Shown one piece after another: positions 41,365-51,213 of a stretch of 64,000 bases of DNA; position 1 is the stretch's first letter; every line of letters begins with the position of its first letter. The notes beneath the pieces were generated by a model. That model ran no database searches. It was given only the letters and a program-made list of their open reading frames with translations, and was not told the origin of the DNA. A program made the position numbers and the translations under genes. Origin of the DNA: an uncultured cyanobacterium. GTDB taxonomy: Bacteria; Cyanobacteriota; Cyanobacteriia; Cyanobacteriales; CAWCAG01. The DNA lies in contig CAWCAG010000001.1 of the NCBI GenBank assembly GCA_963793425.1, positions 224,001 to 288,000 on the forward strand. The letters run 5' to 3'.

Positions 41365-41434
41365 TTACTTGTAATTTTGTAACCATTGACGAAACTCCCT
41401 CATTAAAGCGTTTTCTCCCTTGTCTCCTCGCTTT
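41365..41434 (-). pseudogene. 3'-end remnant of a second Uma2 gene
   Basis: Reads KRGDKGENALMREFRQWLQNYK*, a near copy of the end of 41815-42447 (KREEKGENALLREFRQWLQNHG*). Confidence 0.8.
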
Positions 41435-41439
41435 CTTAT

Positions 41440-41778
41440 TTAGCTCGCTACCTCTTCAGCATCAGCTAACCGAAACTCCAAATTATTCAACTTAAGCTGC
41501 TTAGCTTTATTCTCAGCTTGGATAAGCATCCCAGAAGAAATATCAACACCAATCACTTTCCCTTTCTTACCTACCAACTTTGCTGCTGCGATCGCACAAT
41601 GTCCTGTCCCCGTGGCAATATCTAAAACCCTTTGCCCAAGCTTCACTTGTCCATATTCAACCAAACGATTAGCAATGTTCAAGTGCCAATCACTACTATC
41701 ATATTTTTCACTTCTTCCTGTATATAAATCCGCGATTTCTTGCTTGTAATTATGCAAATCAATTTTATTCATTTGCAA
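41440..41778 (-). pseudogene. class I SAM methyltransferase (UbiE-like), C-terminally truncated
   Basis: VLDIATGTG, GVDISSGML, ends right after ADAE at 112 aa. Confidence 0.75.
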
Positions 41779-41814
41779 AAAGGTTTAGCTAGAAGACCCA
41801 AATTTTCTTGTAAA

Positions 41815-42447
41815 TTATCCGTGATTTTGTAGCCATTGACGAAACTCCCTGAGTAAAGCATTTTCTCCCTTTTCTTCTCGCTTTGCCAAAAACTCTAGAA
41901 TCACAAACTTAGATAAAATTGGTAAAATCTTAGACCTTTCTTGTTCCCCATAACCCCCTTTTTGCAAACAGTAAATAAATAATCTTTCACCATCAAATCG
42001 CCAAACTTCCCCAATTCCTAAAGCCTGATAAATCTCCAAACGATTTAGAGAACTGCTGGTAATATCAACTTCAATGGCCAAATCAGGAACAGGATCAACC
42101 TGAAAATTAAACTTGGTTTTGCCCCGTACCAATGCCTCATTGGTAATGTAATAACATTCATCAGGTTCAATGCCTTTTTGCAAATCTTTCCGACTCAGAG
42201 TAGTTGAACAAAGACTCGCTATTTCTAAGCCTAATACTTCTGTTGTGGTTTGCACCAATCTCCCTAAAAACCCCTTGTTAATTTCATGTTCGGGTAAAGG
42301 AGTCATGATTTCTAATTTGCCTTGATCGTAAGTTAATTGTTGATTAGGACTTTCCGCTAAATCTAACAACAAAGCTTGGTAAGTTTCCCAGCGTACTCCT
42401 GTTAATAGGGTTCCAGCTAGAGGTGGGAATGATGCTTGAGTTATCAT
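41815..42447 (-). CDS. Uma2 family endonuclease-fold protein
   Basis: LEIMTPLPEHE, EPDECYY, PDLAIEVDITS, YQALGIGEVW. Confidence 0.92.
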   Translation of the reverse strand: MITQASFPPLAGTLLTGVRWETYQALLLDLAESPNQQLTYDQGKLEIMTPLPEHEINKGFLGRLVQTTTEVLGLEIASLCSTTLSRKDLQKGIEPDECYYITNEALVRGKTKFNFQVDPVPDLAIEVDITSSSLNRLEIYQALGIGEVWRFDGERLFIYCLQKGGYGEQERSKILPILSKFVILEFLAKREEKGENALLREFRQWLQNHG

Positions 42448-42484
42448 AAGTTTTCACACCATTTTGTAACCAAATAATTTTAGA

Positions 42485-44382
42485 CTAATCTAAATAACGA
42501 TCAAGAAAAATTCCCAACCCATTATGTACTCTCGCTGCTGTTGCGGGAGGACGATCAATAAGTTGATCTCCGAGTACTAATGAAGTTGAACTTCCTCCAT
42601 CAAGATTGAGGGCATCAATTGCTCCTAAACGCTGCATTAACTGGGCCATTTCTGTTAAAGTGGGGCCGCGATCGCCCACACGACGATGAACCGCAGCAAT
42701 GATGATTTTGCCTTGGGAAGTTGTACCGATGGCACTGCGGGAAGCCTTTTGAGTATTAAAGGCTGCACTAAATTGTTCCCCTGCACCATCTAAAACAATT
42801 TGTTGATTATTAACGAGTAAAGGCCCTGCACCCAAAATGTTAGGATAGTCTGCAAAGTCTCCAGGAGTGGTATTGCTAGTAATATTAATCTGGGTGGCAA
42901 CGGGTAAATTGGCTGCGGCAGTTTTGAAAGAGCGCAGGGCTAATAAGTATCCGTTTTCAGGAATAGCAAAAGCTTGAGTACCTGCTTTCCCTGCCGGAAT
43001 TTGCCCTGTAACCTGGTTATTCTGCACCATAACCATAATCTCATTATCGCTGAGGGGAGTGTAACTAGAACCCCATTCAGGGCTGTAGAGGGAGACTCCA
43101 GCCTTGATATAGCCACTATTAACGTGTTGGATGGGATAACTTTGTCCGGTGGAAGTAGTTAGGGTGGATTGTAAACTGAGGCGGCCAATTTTCACCCTAC
43201 CTTGATTATCCCAGGCGATCGCACCTCGATTTAAAATCGGGCAGAAAACCACTGATTATCCTCACGAATTGCCCCTAATGGTAGCTTGTTGTTGCGGTTA
43301 AAAAAGCCCCCATTAATAGCCGCAGAACTTCTTACCTGCCTTGCTGTGCTAACAATAGGATTAATACCTGTCATGCCATCATTTGGCCAAATTGGTTGCA
43401 AGGAAATACCTGGGGTACTTAAATCTACTTCTAACCAAACCACCGGAAACTTACCTGTCGGCAGGTTAATAAATTGCTGTTGCCACCGTACTCCCGGACT
43501 CCAGAGAATATCTTTGGGGGTGAAGGTTTCCGGTTGAATATCAATAACTAAACGAGGGGGATTAGCTAGACTCGAAACATTTAACTCTTGCCCTGTGGGG
43601 ACATCCACTCGCAGGATGGCTTGATTATTAGATTGTTCTAAACTAAACACAGGAGGATCAGTAGGTTTATTACCTGCGGTTTCTGGTAAGGGTGCAAAGC
43701 GCTGCAATAAGAGAGGATCAACACCACCTTGAATAGTTACCACCCCTTGACCAAGAACTTGCCAAGCTGTAGGCTTATCTAAGTTAAGGATGATTTGCTG
43801 TCCTTGTCCTTGAGAACGATAGCTGGCATTGCTAAGGCGGGAAGGAGCATAATTAATTTGCAGAGTATCCCCTACCACCTCCATTTGCCAACCAGCAGTT
43901 TGGGCAAAATCAGTAACATCAAGATAGCGATAGGGGCTGATTAGTTGGGCATTAAGGGTAAAAGTTTGGGAAGCATTGACAGGAAACCAACGTACAGGCT
44001 GCAAAGTAGGATTGTTGGTACTCAACAACTCCATACCCAACATTTGCATCGCCCCAGTATCGCTGATACCAGTACGCATTGCTGCGGTTGTGCTTCCTTG
44101 CCACTGACTCCAAGCTACAGGCATGGTACGACCATTAATGGCGATTTGGCTACCTTGACGTATTGCTTGGGTAGAAGAGAGGTTGTTTTCTGTTATTAAG
44201 GGAGTAAGAATTGGGGGTTCTAAACTTGCTTCTTCCGGGGAAATAGTTTCTACAACAACATTTTCCTCTGTTGCATTAGCTAAGGATGGTTTAGGGAATA
44301 AACAATAGGCAAAAGGTAATAAGACGAAGAGATACAAAGAAACTTTATTGAAGGAAAATAACACTTTAGTTTGACAACTCAT
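42485..44382 (-). pseudogene. phosphodiester glycosidase (NAGPA) family protein split by a 1-nt frameshift
   Basis: ORF 43231-44382 (AAINGGFF) and ORF 42485-43252 (GAGPLL, ALNLDGGSS) join if one base is added at ~43242 (WFSGPILNRGAIAW). This may be a sequencing error. Confidence 0.75.
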
Positions 44383-44507
44383 TTAATCTCACCATAGTAA
44401 ATCAAAAAGATTACTAACTATTGATAATTTACGGGAATGGTGACGATAAACTTAACCTAGTTAGTTCCGCAACCAATATAAATAGTATAAAAATTTCCCA
44501 GGGTAGA

Positions 44508-44618
44508 TGTTTACCTTCCATGTCCATTTTAAGAAAGCTCCCAACCCCGCACCGAAAGAAATATTTTTTTTGAATTGAGACTGAATTTTATCTGATGAAA
44601 TAATTATAGCATAAATTA
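44508..44618 (-). repeat. ~110-bp dispersed repeat with extended -10 box, copy 1
   Basis: TGTTTACC..CCATG.CCATTTTAAGAAAG...ATAATTATAGCATAAATTA, similar to 56810-56918. Confidence 0.75.
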
Positions 44619-44659
44619 TGCAACAATAAATAGAACAAAGTCAATATGAGAGTCATCAC

Positions 44660-44726
44660 GTAAGGGCGACCCGTCTGTTCTTAATTTCAGTCACCAACAA
44701 ACCAAACTAATTGGGTCGCCCTTGAC
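44660..44726 (+). repeat. REP-like inverted repeat
   Basis: GTAAGGGCGACCC ... GGGTCGCCCTTGAC. Confidence 0.55.
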
Positions 44727-44922
44727 GGGGATTAAAGGTAGATTGCAGCATTAATTAGAAACAGAATCCCCTCAAATGATTATTCAATCCTCACGGGAGT
44801 ATGTAGCAAAATGGCAAGCAAAAGTAATTTTGCCACTTCTAAAAAGCATTGTAGCCAAGCATTCCAGCTAAATTGAACACCCAAACAACTTCCCACCTTG
44901 CAAATATAAATATATAACTATC

Positions 44923-44957
44923 AGCAACTAGCAACTAGCAACTAGCCATTAGCAACT
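44923..44957. repeat. short tandem heptamer repeat (AGCAACT)
   Basis: agcaact x3, agccatt, agcaact. Confidence 0.7.
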
Positions 44958-45313
44958 AACAATATTGTGAAATTTGCCTATTTCCTATAAGATTGCTAAT
45001 CCAGGACATTAACAGCATCGTAATCATGCTATTAGTGTTTTCAACTTATTCAATCCTTTATGTAATTAAGGGAATATTACTTAGGGAATATCTCGCCCAG
45101 ATAACGGCAAGTAAAAAGTGATATTTTCCTCACCGCAATTCATAGCCAAAGACGAAAACTCGAAGTCTTGGCACGATAAGTTAACTAGCGGTAAGGATAT
45201 ATATTCCATAAGTCCCTATAATTAATCAATCGGAGTGGCAGTCAAACTTTAAGTTAGGCAAAAGGCGACCAGCCTTTAAGTTAAGTAAATAAACTTCTTA
45301 TCTTTACACAAAA

Positions 45314-48300
45314 ATGATCATGAATAACAGGAGTGTACGGGCCAATCGGCAGTCTACTTTAACCCAAAATCAGACTCCCTATCCAGGCCAGCGTTGGTTA
45401 GTTGAAGAAAGGGATGCTTGTGGGGTGGGCTTTATTGCTGATTCTACTGGCAAAGCTAGTCATAAACTCATAGAACAGTCTTTATCTGCTTTGGGTTGTT
45501 TGGAACATAGAGGCGGCTGTAGTGCTGACCAGGATTCTGGAGACGGATCTGGAATAATGACCGCAGTTCCTTTACAGGTCTTGCAGCCTTGGTTTGAGCA
45601 AGAAAATCTTACCATGCCTACTGAAGAAAAGTTAGGGGTGGGGATGGTGTTTTTGCCTCAAGATGAAGCAGAAGCAAAAGAAGGTCGTGGTTTCATTGAA
45701 AATGTTGTTGAAGAGGAAGGCTTAAAGGTTTTAGGTTGGCGAGTTGTCCCTGTCTTTCCGGAAGTTTTAGGGCCTCAAGCCAAGGAAAATCAGCCCCGTA
45801 TTGAACAAATTTTCGTAACATCTTCAACCCTACAAGGAGATGAATTAGATCGGGTTTTATATGTAGCGCGATCGCGGGTAGGTAAGAAATTAGCAGAGAA
45901 TTTCTATATTTGTTCTTTCTCCTGTCGCACCATCGTTTACAAAGGAATGGTTAGAGCAGCGATTTTAGGGGAATTTTATGGGGATTTAAAAGACCCTAAT
46001 TACGAAAGCTGCTTTGCTGTTTATCATCGCCGCTTCAGCACTAATACCATGCCGAAATGGCCCTTAGCACAGCCGATGCGTTTGCTGGGTCATAATGGGG
46101 AAATTAATACCCTTTTAGGTAACATCAATTGGATGATGGCGAGAGAGTCGAATTTATCTGCCCCTAATTGGAGCGAGGAAGCCCTAGAAGGACTGAAGCC
46201 CTTAGTTAATAGTGAAAATAGCGACTCTTCTAATTTAGACAGTGCTATGGAGTTGCTGGTGCGGACAGGCATCAGCCCCTTAGAAGCAGCCATGATTCTT
46301 GTGCCAGAGGCTTATAAAAATCAACCTGATTTGGAACAATATCCAGAAATTGTCGATTTTTACGAATACTATAGCGGCTTACAAGAACCTTGGGATGGGC
46401 CAGCTTTACTGGTATTTAGTGATGGCAAAACCGTTGGGGCAACCTTAGATCGGAATGGTTTACGGCCGGCACGGTATAGCATTACTAAAGATGGTTATGT
46501 GGTCGTAGCTTCTGAAGCTGGGGTGGTGGATTTACCAGAGGCAGATATTGTTACCAAAGGTAGGTTAGGGCCAGGACAAATGATTGCAGTGGACTTAGAA
46601 AGTCATGAAGTCTTAACCAACTGGGAAATTAAACAGCGCATCGCTAATCAGCGTCCTTTTGGTGAATGGATTAAACAACATCGTCGCAACATTCAACCCC
46701 AACCCTTCACAGCAGAAATCACTTTAGATAATACCTTACTGCGTAATCAAACTGCTTTTGGTTACACAGCAGAAGATGTGGACATGATTATTGTCCCCAT
46801 GGCAACAGCAGGGAAAGAACCAACCTTTTGTATGGGAGACGACATTCCCTTAGCCATCCTTTCTGACAAACCCCGCCTCCTTTACGACTATTTTAAACAG
46901 CGTTTTGCTCAAGTAACCAATCCTCCCATTGACCCTTTGCGGGAAACCTTGGTGATGTCTTTAAGTATGCAGTTAGGGGAAAGGGGCAACCTCCTGGCAG
47001 CATCTCCGGCAGGGGCGAAGTTACTGAAAATAGAAAGTCCTTTGCTGAATGAAGCAGAATTAACTGCGGTGATAGAACAAAAGGAATTTCCTTGCACCAA
47101 ACTATCAACCCTCTATAAAATTACTACAGGGCCAGAAGGTTTAGCTGCTGCTGTCGAAAAGTTATGTCAAGAAGCTGCCGCCGCAGTGGAAAAGGGAGCA
47201 AAAATCTTAGTGCTTAGTGAACGGGAAGGGGATAGTATAAATGAAGAATCTAGTTACATTCCCCCCTTACTAGCAGTAGGGGCTGTTCACCACCACCTAA
47301 TTCGCTCTGGATTGCGCCTCAAAGCAAGCATAGTTGTTGATACTGCTCAATGTTGGAGTACTCACCATTACGCTTGCTTAATTGGTTATGGGGCTTCGGC
47401 GATTTGTCCCTACCTGGCACTAGAAACCTTAAGGCAATGGTGGCATGAGAGCAAAACCCAAAAATTAATGGAGCGGGGTAAAATTGAAAAAATCAGCCTC
47501 ACTACAGCTTTAAAACAATACCGTCAAGCCGTAGAAGCAGGTTTGTTGAAAATCCTCTCCAAAATGGGTATTTCCCTCCTCTCTTCTTACCACGGGGCGC
47601 AGATTTTTGAAGCCATTGGTTTAGGAGTAGATTTAGTTGAGTTAGGCTTTACCGGGACAACCTCTCGTTTAGGAGGTTTAAGTATTAGGGATTTGGCACA
47701 GGAAGTGGTTTCCTTCCACCGCCGCGCCTTCCCTACCTTAGAAGGTAAAAAGTTAGAAAACTTCGGTTTTATTAATTACCGTCCTGGGGGAGAGTATCAT
47801 ATGAACTCCCCAGAAATGTCTAAGTCTTTGCATAAAGCCGTAGCAGATCGCAACTATGACCACTACGAAGTTTATCAGAAGTACTTAGAAGAGAGGCCTT
47901 TAACCGCACTGCGAGATTTATTGGATTTTGACAGCGATCGCGACTCTATTCCTGTTGCAGAAGTAGAATCGGTCGAAGAAATTGTCAAACGCTTCTGCAC
48001 TGGTGCAATGTCCCTCGGTTCCTTATCTAGAGAGGCCCACGAAACCCTCGCCGTTGCCATGAATCGCATCGGTGGTAAATCCAACTCTGGGGAAGGGGGA
48101 GAAGATCCGGTCAGATTCAAGGTTTTGAATGATGTAGATGAAACTGGTTACTCCCCCACCCTACCCCACCTCAAGGGTTTAAAAAATGGTGATACTGCTA
48201 GTTCCGCCACCAAACAAATAGCCTCCGGACGCTTCGGTGTCACCCCAGCTTATTTAATGAGTGGCAAGCAACTGGAAATTAAAATGGCCCAAGGTGCGAA

Positions 48301-49948
48301 ACCTGGGGAAGGGGGACAATTACCAGGGAAAAAGGTTAGTGACTACATCGCCATGTTGCGGCTTTCTAAACCAGGAGTAACCTTAATTTCTCCCCCACCT
48401 CACCATGATATTTACTCCATTGAAGATTTAGCACAATTAATCTTTGATTTGCACCAAATTAACCCCAAAGCAAAGGTTTCTGTGAAACTGGTTGCAGAAA
48501 TTGGCATTGGTACTGTGGCTGCTGGGGTTGCCAAAGCTAACGCCGATGTGATTCAAATTTCTGGCCACGACGGAGGTACAGGGGCTTCTCCATTGAGTTC
48601 TATCAAACACGCTGGTGTACCTTGGGAATTAGGAGTAACGGAAGTTCACCGCGTCTTAATGGAAAACGGACTGCGGAATCGCGCCATTCTCCGGGCTGAT
48701 GGTGGGCTGAAAACTGGCTGGGATGTGATTATGGCAGCTTTGATGGGGGCAGAAGAATACGGTTTTGGTTCTGTTTCTATGATTGCAGAAGGTTGCATTA
48801 TGGCGAGAATTTGCCACACTAACAACTGTCCGGTAGGGGTTGCCACCCAACAAGAGAAGCTGCGGAAGCGTTTTACCGGTATTCCTGATCATGTAGTTAA
48901 CTTCTTCTACTTTGTCGCTGAAGAAGTTCGTTCTTTGTTAGCAAAGTTAGGTTATCGTCGCTTAGAAGAAGTGATTGGTCGTGCAGACATCCTCACCCCT
49001 AAGCAGGATGTACAAATCACTAAAACCAGCACCTTAATTCTCGACTGCTTAACCAAACTTCCTGATGTCCGTACAAATAGGAGTTGGTTAAATCATGAAG
49101 AAGTCCATAGCAACGGCCCAGTGTTAGATGATCAACTCCTAGCTGACTCGGAAATTAGCACCGCTATTCGTGATCAAGGTTCGGTTAGTAAAAACCTCAC
49201 CATTGTTAACACAGACCGTACTGTGGGTTCTCGTGTTGCTGGGGTGATCGCTAAGCAATATGGCAACAACGGCTTTGAAGGGCAAATCAGCCTTAACTTC
49301 AAAGGTGCAGCCGGTCAAAGTTTTGGTGCTTTCAACCTGACAGGAATGAAACTTGTCTTATCAGGGGAAGCCAATGATTATGTAGGTAAGGGGATGAATG
49401 GGGGAGAAATTATTATTAAGCCTCCTAGTGATGCCAACTACGACCCTGCCAACAACGTGATCATCGGCAACACCTGCTTGTACGGTGCTACAGGAGGGGC
49501 TTTGTATGCTAACGGCAGGGCGGGAGAACGTTTCGGCGTTCGCAACTCCCTTGGTAGGGCTGTGATTGAAGGAGCAGGAGATCATTGCTGTGAATATATG
49601 ACTGGGGGTGTGATTGTTGTTCTCGGTACAGTTGGGCGCAACGTGGGGGCTGGTATGACAGGGGGTTTAGGTTACTTCCTTGATGAAGACGGCAGTTTCC
49701 CCAAAAAGGTTAATGCGGAACTAATTAAGATTGGGCGCATTAACTCAACTGCGGGGCAAAAGCAACTTCAGGATTTAATTACCGCTCATTATCAGCGTAC
49801 TAACTCCCAGAAAGCTAAGATGATTCTCGATAATTGGGAATCCTACCTCAGTAAGTTTTGGCAAGTTATACCACCTTCTGAGGCTGAAAATCTTGAGGTG
49901 GTAGCCACCAGACCAGAAACGCAAAAGACCCTTACTTCTGTACAGTAG
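45314..49948 (+). CDS. glsF: ferredoxin-dependent glutamate synthase (Fd-GOGAT)
   Basis: [10 protein letters not shown]-terminal nucleophile, [44 protein letters not shown] [3Fe-4S], GXGXG domain. No small subunit adjacent. Confidence 0.96.
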   Translation: MIMNNRSVRANRQSTLTQNQTPYPGQRWLVEERDACGVGFIADSTGKASHKLIEQSLSALGCLEHRGGCSADQDSGDGSGIMTAVPLQVLQPWFEQENLTMPTEEKLGVGMVFLPQDEAEAKEGRGFIENVVEEEGLKVLGWRVVPVFPEVLGPQAKENQPRIEQIFVTSSTLQGDELDRVLYVARSRVGKKLAENFYICSFSCRTIVYKGMVRAAILGEFYGDLKDPNYESCFAVYHRRFSTNTMPKWPLAQPMRLLGHNGEINTLLGNINWMMARESNLSAPNWSEEALEGLKPLVNSENSDSSNLDSAMELLVRTGISPLEAAMILVPEAYKNQPDLEQYPEIVDFYEYYSGLQEPWDGPALLVFSDGKTVGATLDRNGLRPARYSITKDGYVVVASEAGVVDLPEADIVTKGRLGPGQMIAVDLESHEVLTNWEIKQRIANQRPFGEWIKQHRRNIQPQPFTAEITLDNTLLRNQTAFGYTAEDVDMIIVPMATAGKEPTFCMGDDIPLAILSDKPRLLYDYFKQRFAQVTNPPIDPLRETLVMSLSMQLGERGNLLAASPAGAKLLKIESPLLNEAELTAVIEQKEFPCTKLSTLYKITTGPEGLAAAVEKLCQEAAAAVEKGAKILVLSEREGDSINEESSYIPPLLAVGAVHHHLIRSGLRLKASIVVDTAQCWSTHHYACLIGYGASAICPYLALETLRQWWHESKTQKLMERGKIEKISLTTALKQYRQAVEAGLLKILSKMGISLLSSYHGAQIFEAIGLGVDLVELGFTGTTSRLGGLSIRDLAQEVVSFHRRAFPTLEGKKLENFGFINYRPGGEYHMNSPEMSKSLHKAVADRNYDHYEVYQKYLEERPLTALRDLLDFDSDRDSIPVAEVESVEEIVKRFCTGAMSLGSLSREAHETLAVAMNRIGGKSNSGEGGEDPVRFKVLNDVDETGYSPTLPHLKGLKNGDTASSATKQIASGRFGVTPAYLMSGKQLEIKMAQGAKPGEGGQLPGKKVSDYIAMLRLSKPGVTLISPPPHHDIYSIEDLAQLIFDLHQINPKAKVSVKLVAEIGIGTVAAGVAKANADVIQISGHDGGTGASPLSSIKHAGVPWELGVTEVHRVLMENGLRNRAILRADGGLKTGWDVIMAALMGAEEYGFGSVSMIAEGCIMARICHTNNCPVGVATQQEKLRKRFTGIPDHVVNFFYFVAEEVRSLLAKLGYRRLEEVIGRADILTPKQDVQITKTSTLILDCLTKLPDVRTNRSWLNHEEVHSNGPVLDDQLLADSEISTAIRDQGSVSKNLTIVNTDRTVGSRVAGVIAKQYGNNGFEGQISLNFKGAAGQSFGAFNLTGMKLVLSGEANDYVGKGMNGGEIIIKPPSDANYDPANNVIIGNTCLYGATGGALYANGRAGERFGVRNSLGRAVIEGAGDHCCEYMTGGVIVVLGTVGRNVGAGMTGGLGYFLDEDGSFPKKVNAELIKIGRINSTAGQKQLQDLITAHYQRTNSQKAKMILDNWESYLSKFWQVIPPSEAENLEVVATRPETQKTLTSVQ

Positions 49949-49958
49949 GCATTCATCA

Positions 49959-49987
49959 AACCCCCAGCATTTGTAAAACTGGGGGTT
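49959..49987 (+). terminator. hairpin terminator after glsF
   Basis: AACCCCCAG-loop-CTGGGGGTT. Confidence 0.65.
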
Positions 49988-49993
49988 AATCTT

Positions 49994-51180
49994 TCCTTCT
50001 TTTAGTTGGTCTGTGGGTAGCATTAGTTTGATTGGGGGACTAGCCCCCCAAACCCCCCAGCAAGGAAACAAGTGTTTCCCTACAACCCTTCCTAATCGCT
50101 TCGCTCTTTGTTGGTTGTGTTTGGCTGGCTAGTTTGGGGTTGGTCTATCGTCGGAGTTAGAGTTGGTGGTAGGGCGCATTTAGATTTAGGATCGTTGTTG
50201 AAAAGGTTGTTTATTGATGGTTAAGAGTAAATAGCTTTGTTCAATTGATATGTAGTAAATATTTAGGTGTTTTATATAATATGAAATAGAAAAAATTTAG
50301 TTGATCCTTCTTTTAGTTTAGCTGTGGGTAGCATTAGTTTGATTGGGGGACTAGCCCCCCAAACCCCCCAGCAAGGAAACAAGTGTTTCCCTACAACCCT
50401 TCCTAATCGCTTCGCTCTTTGTTGGTTGTGTTTGGCTGGCTAGTTTGGGGTTGGTCTATCGTCGGAGTTAGAGTTGGTGGTAGGGCGCATTTAGATTTAG
50501 GATCGTTGTTGAAAAGGTTGTTTATTGATGGTTAAGAGTAAATAGCTTTGTTCAATTGATATGTAGTAAATATTTAGGTGTTTTATATAATATGAAATAG
50601 AAAAAATTTAGTTGATCCTTCTTTTAGTTTAGCTGTGGGTAGCATTAGTTTGATTGGGGGACTAGCCCCCCAAACCCCCCAGCAAGGAAACAAGTGTTTC
50701 CCTACAACCCTTCCTAATCGCTTCGCTCTTTGTTGGTTGTGTTTGGCTGGCTAGTTTGGGGTTGGTCTATCGTCGGAGTTAGAGTTGGTGGTAGGGCGCA
50801 TTTGGATTTAGGATCGTTGTTGAAAAGGTTGTTTATTGATGGTTAAGAGTAAATAGCTTTGTTCAATTGATATGTAGTAAATATTTAGGTGTTTTATATA
50901 ATATGAAATAGAAAAAATTTAGTTGATCCTTCTTTTAGTTTAGCTGTGGGTAGCATTAGTTTGATTGGGGGACTAGCCCCCCAAACCCCCCAGTGGGGAA
51001 ACAAGTGTTTCCCCACCCCCCTTCCTAACCGCTTCGCTCTTTGTTGGTTGTGTTTAGCTGGCTAATTTTATGGTTGGTCTATCGTTGGAATTGGACAGTG
51101 GTGGTAGGGCGCATTTGGTTTGAGGCTCGTTGTGGGAAAGGTTGCCTGTTAATAGCTAAGAGCAAATGGCTTTGTTCAAT
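49994..51180. repeat. 311-bp tandem repeat array (3 near-identical units + 1 diverged partial unit)
   Basis: CTGTGGGTAG recurs at 50011, 50322, 50633 and 50944 (period 311). There are no spacers. Confidence 0.95.
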
Positions 51181-51213
51181 TTATGCGAGTGCATACTTTT
51201 TTCTATTTTTGGA

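Noticed and set aside
49775..50071. 98-aa minus-strand ORF starting in the repeat
   Set aside because: It overlaps glsF antisense and derives from the repeat core, so it is probably spurious.
49994..51180. CRISPR array or other spacer-containing guide array
   Set aside because: Units are 311 bp and essentially identical with no unique spacers. No cas genes are present.
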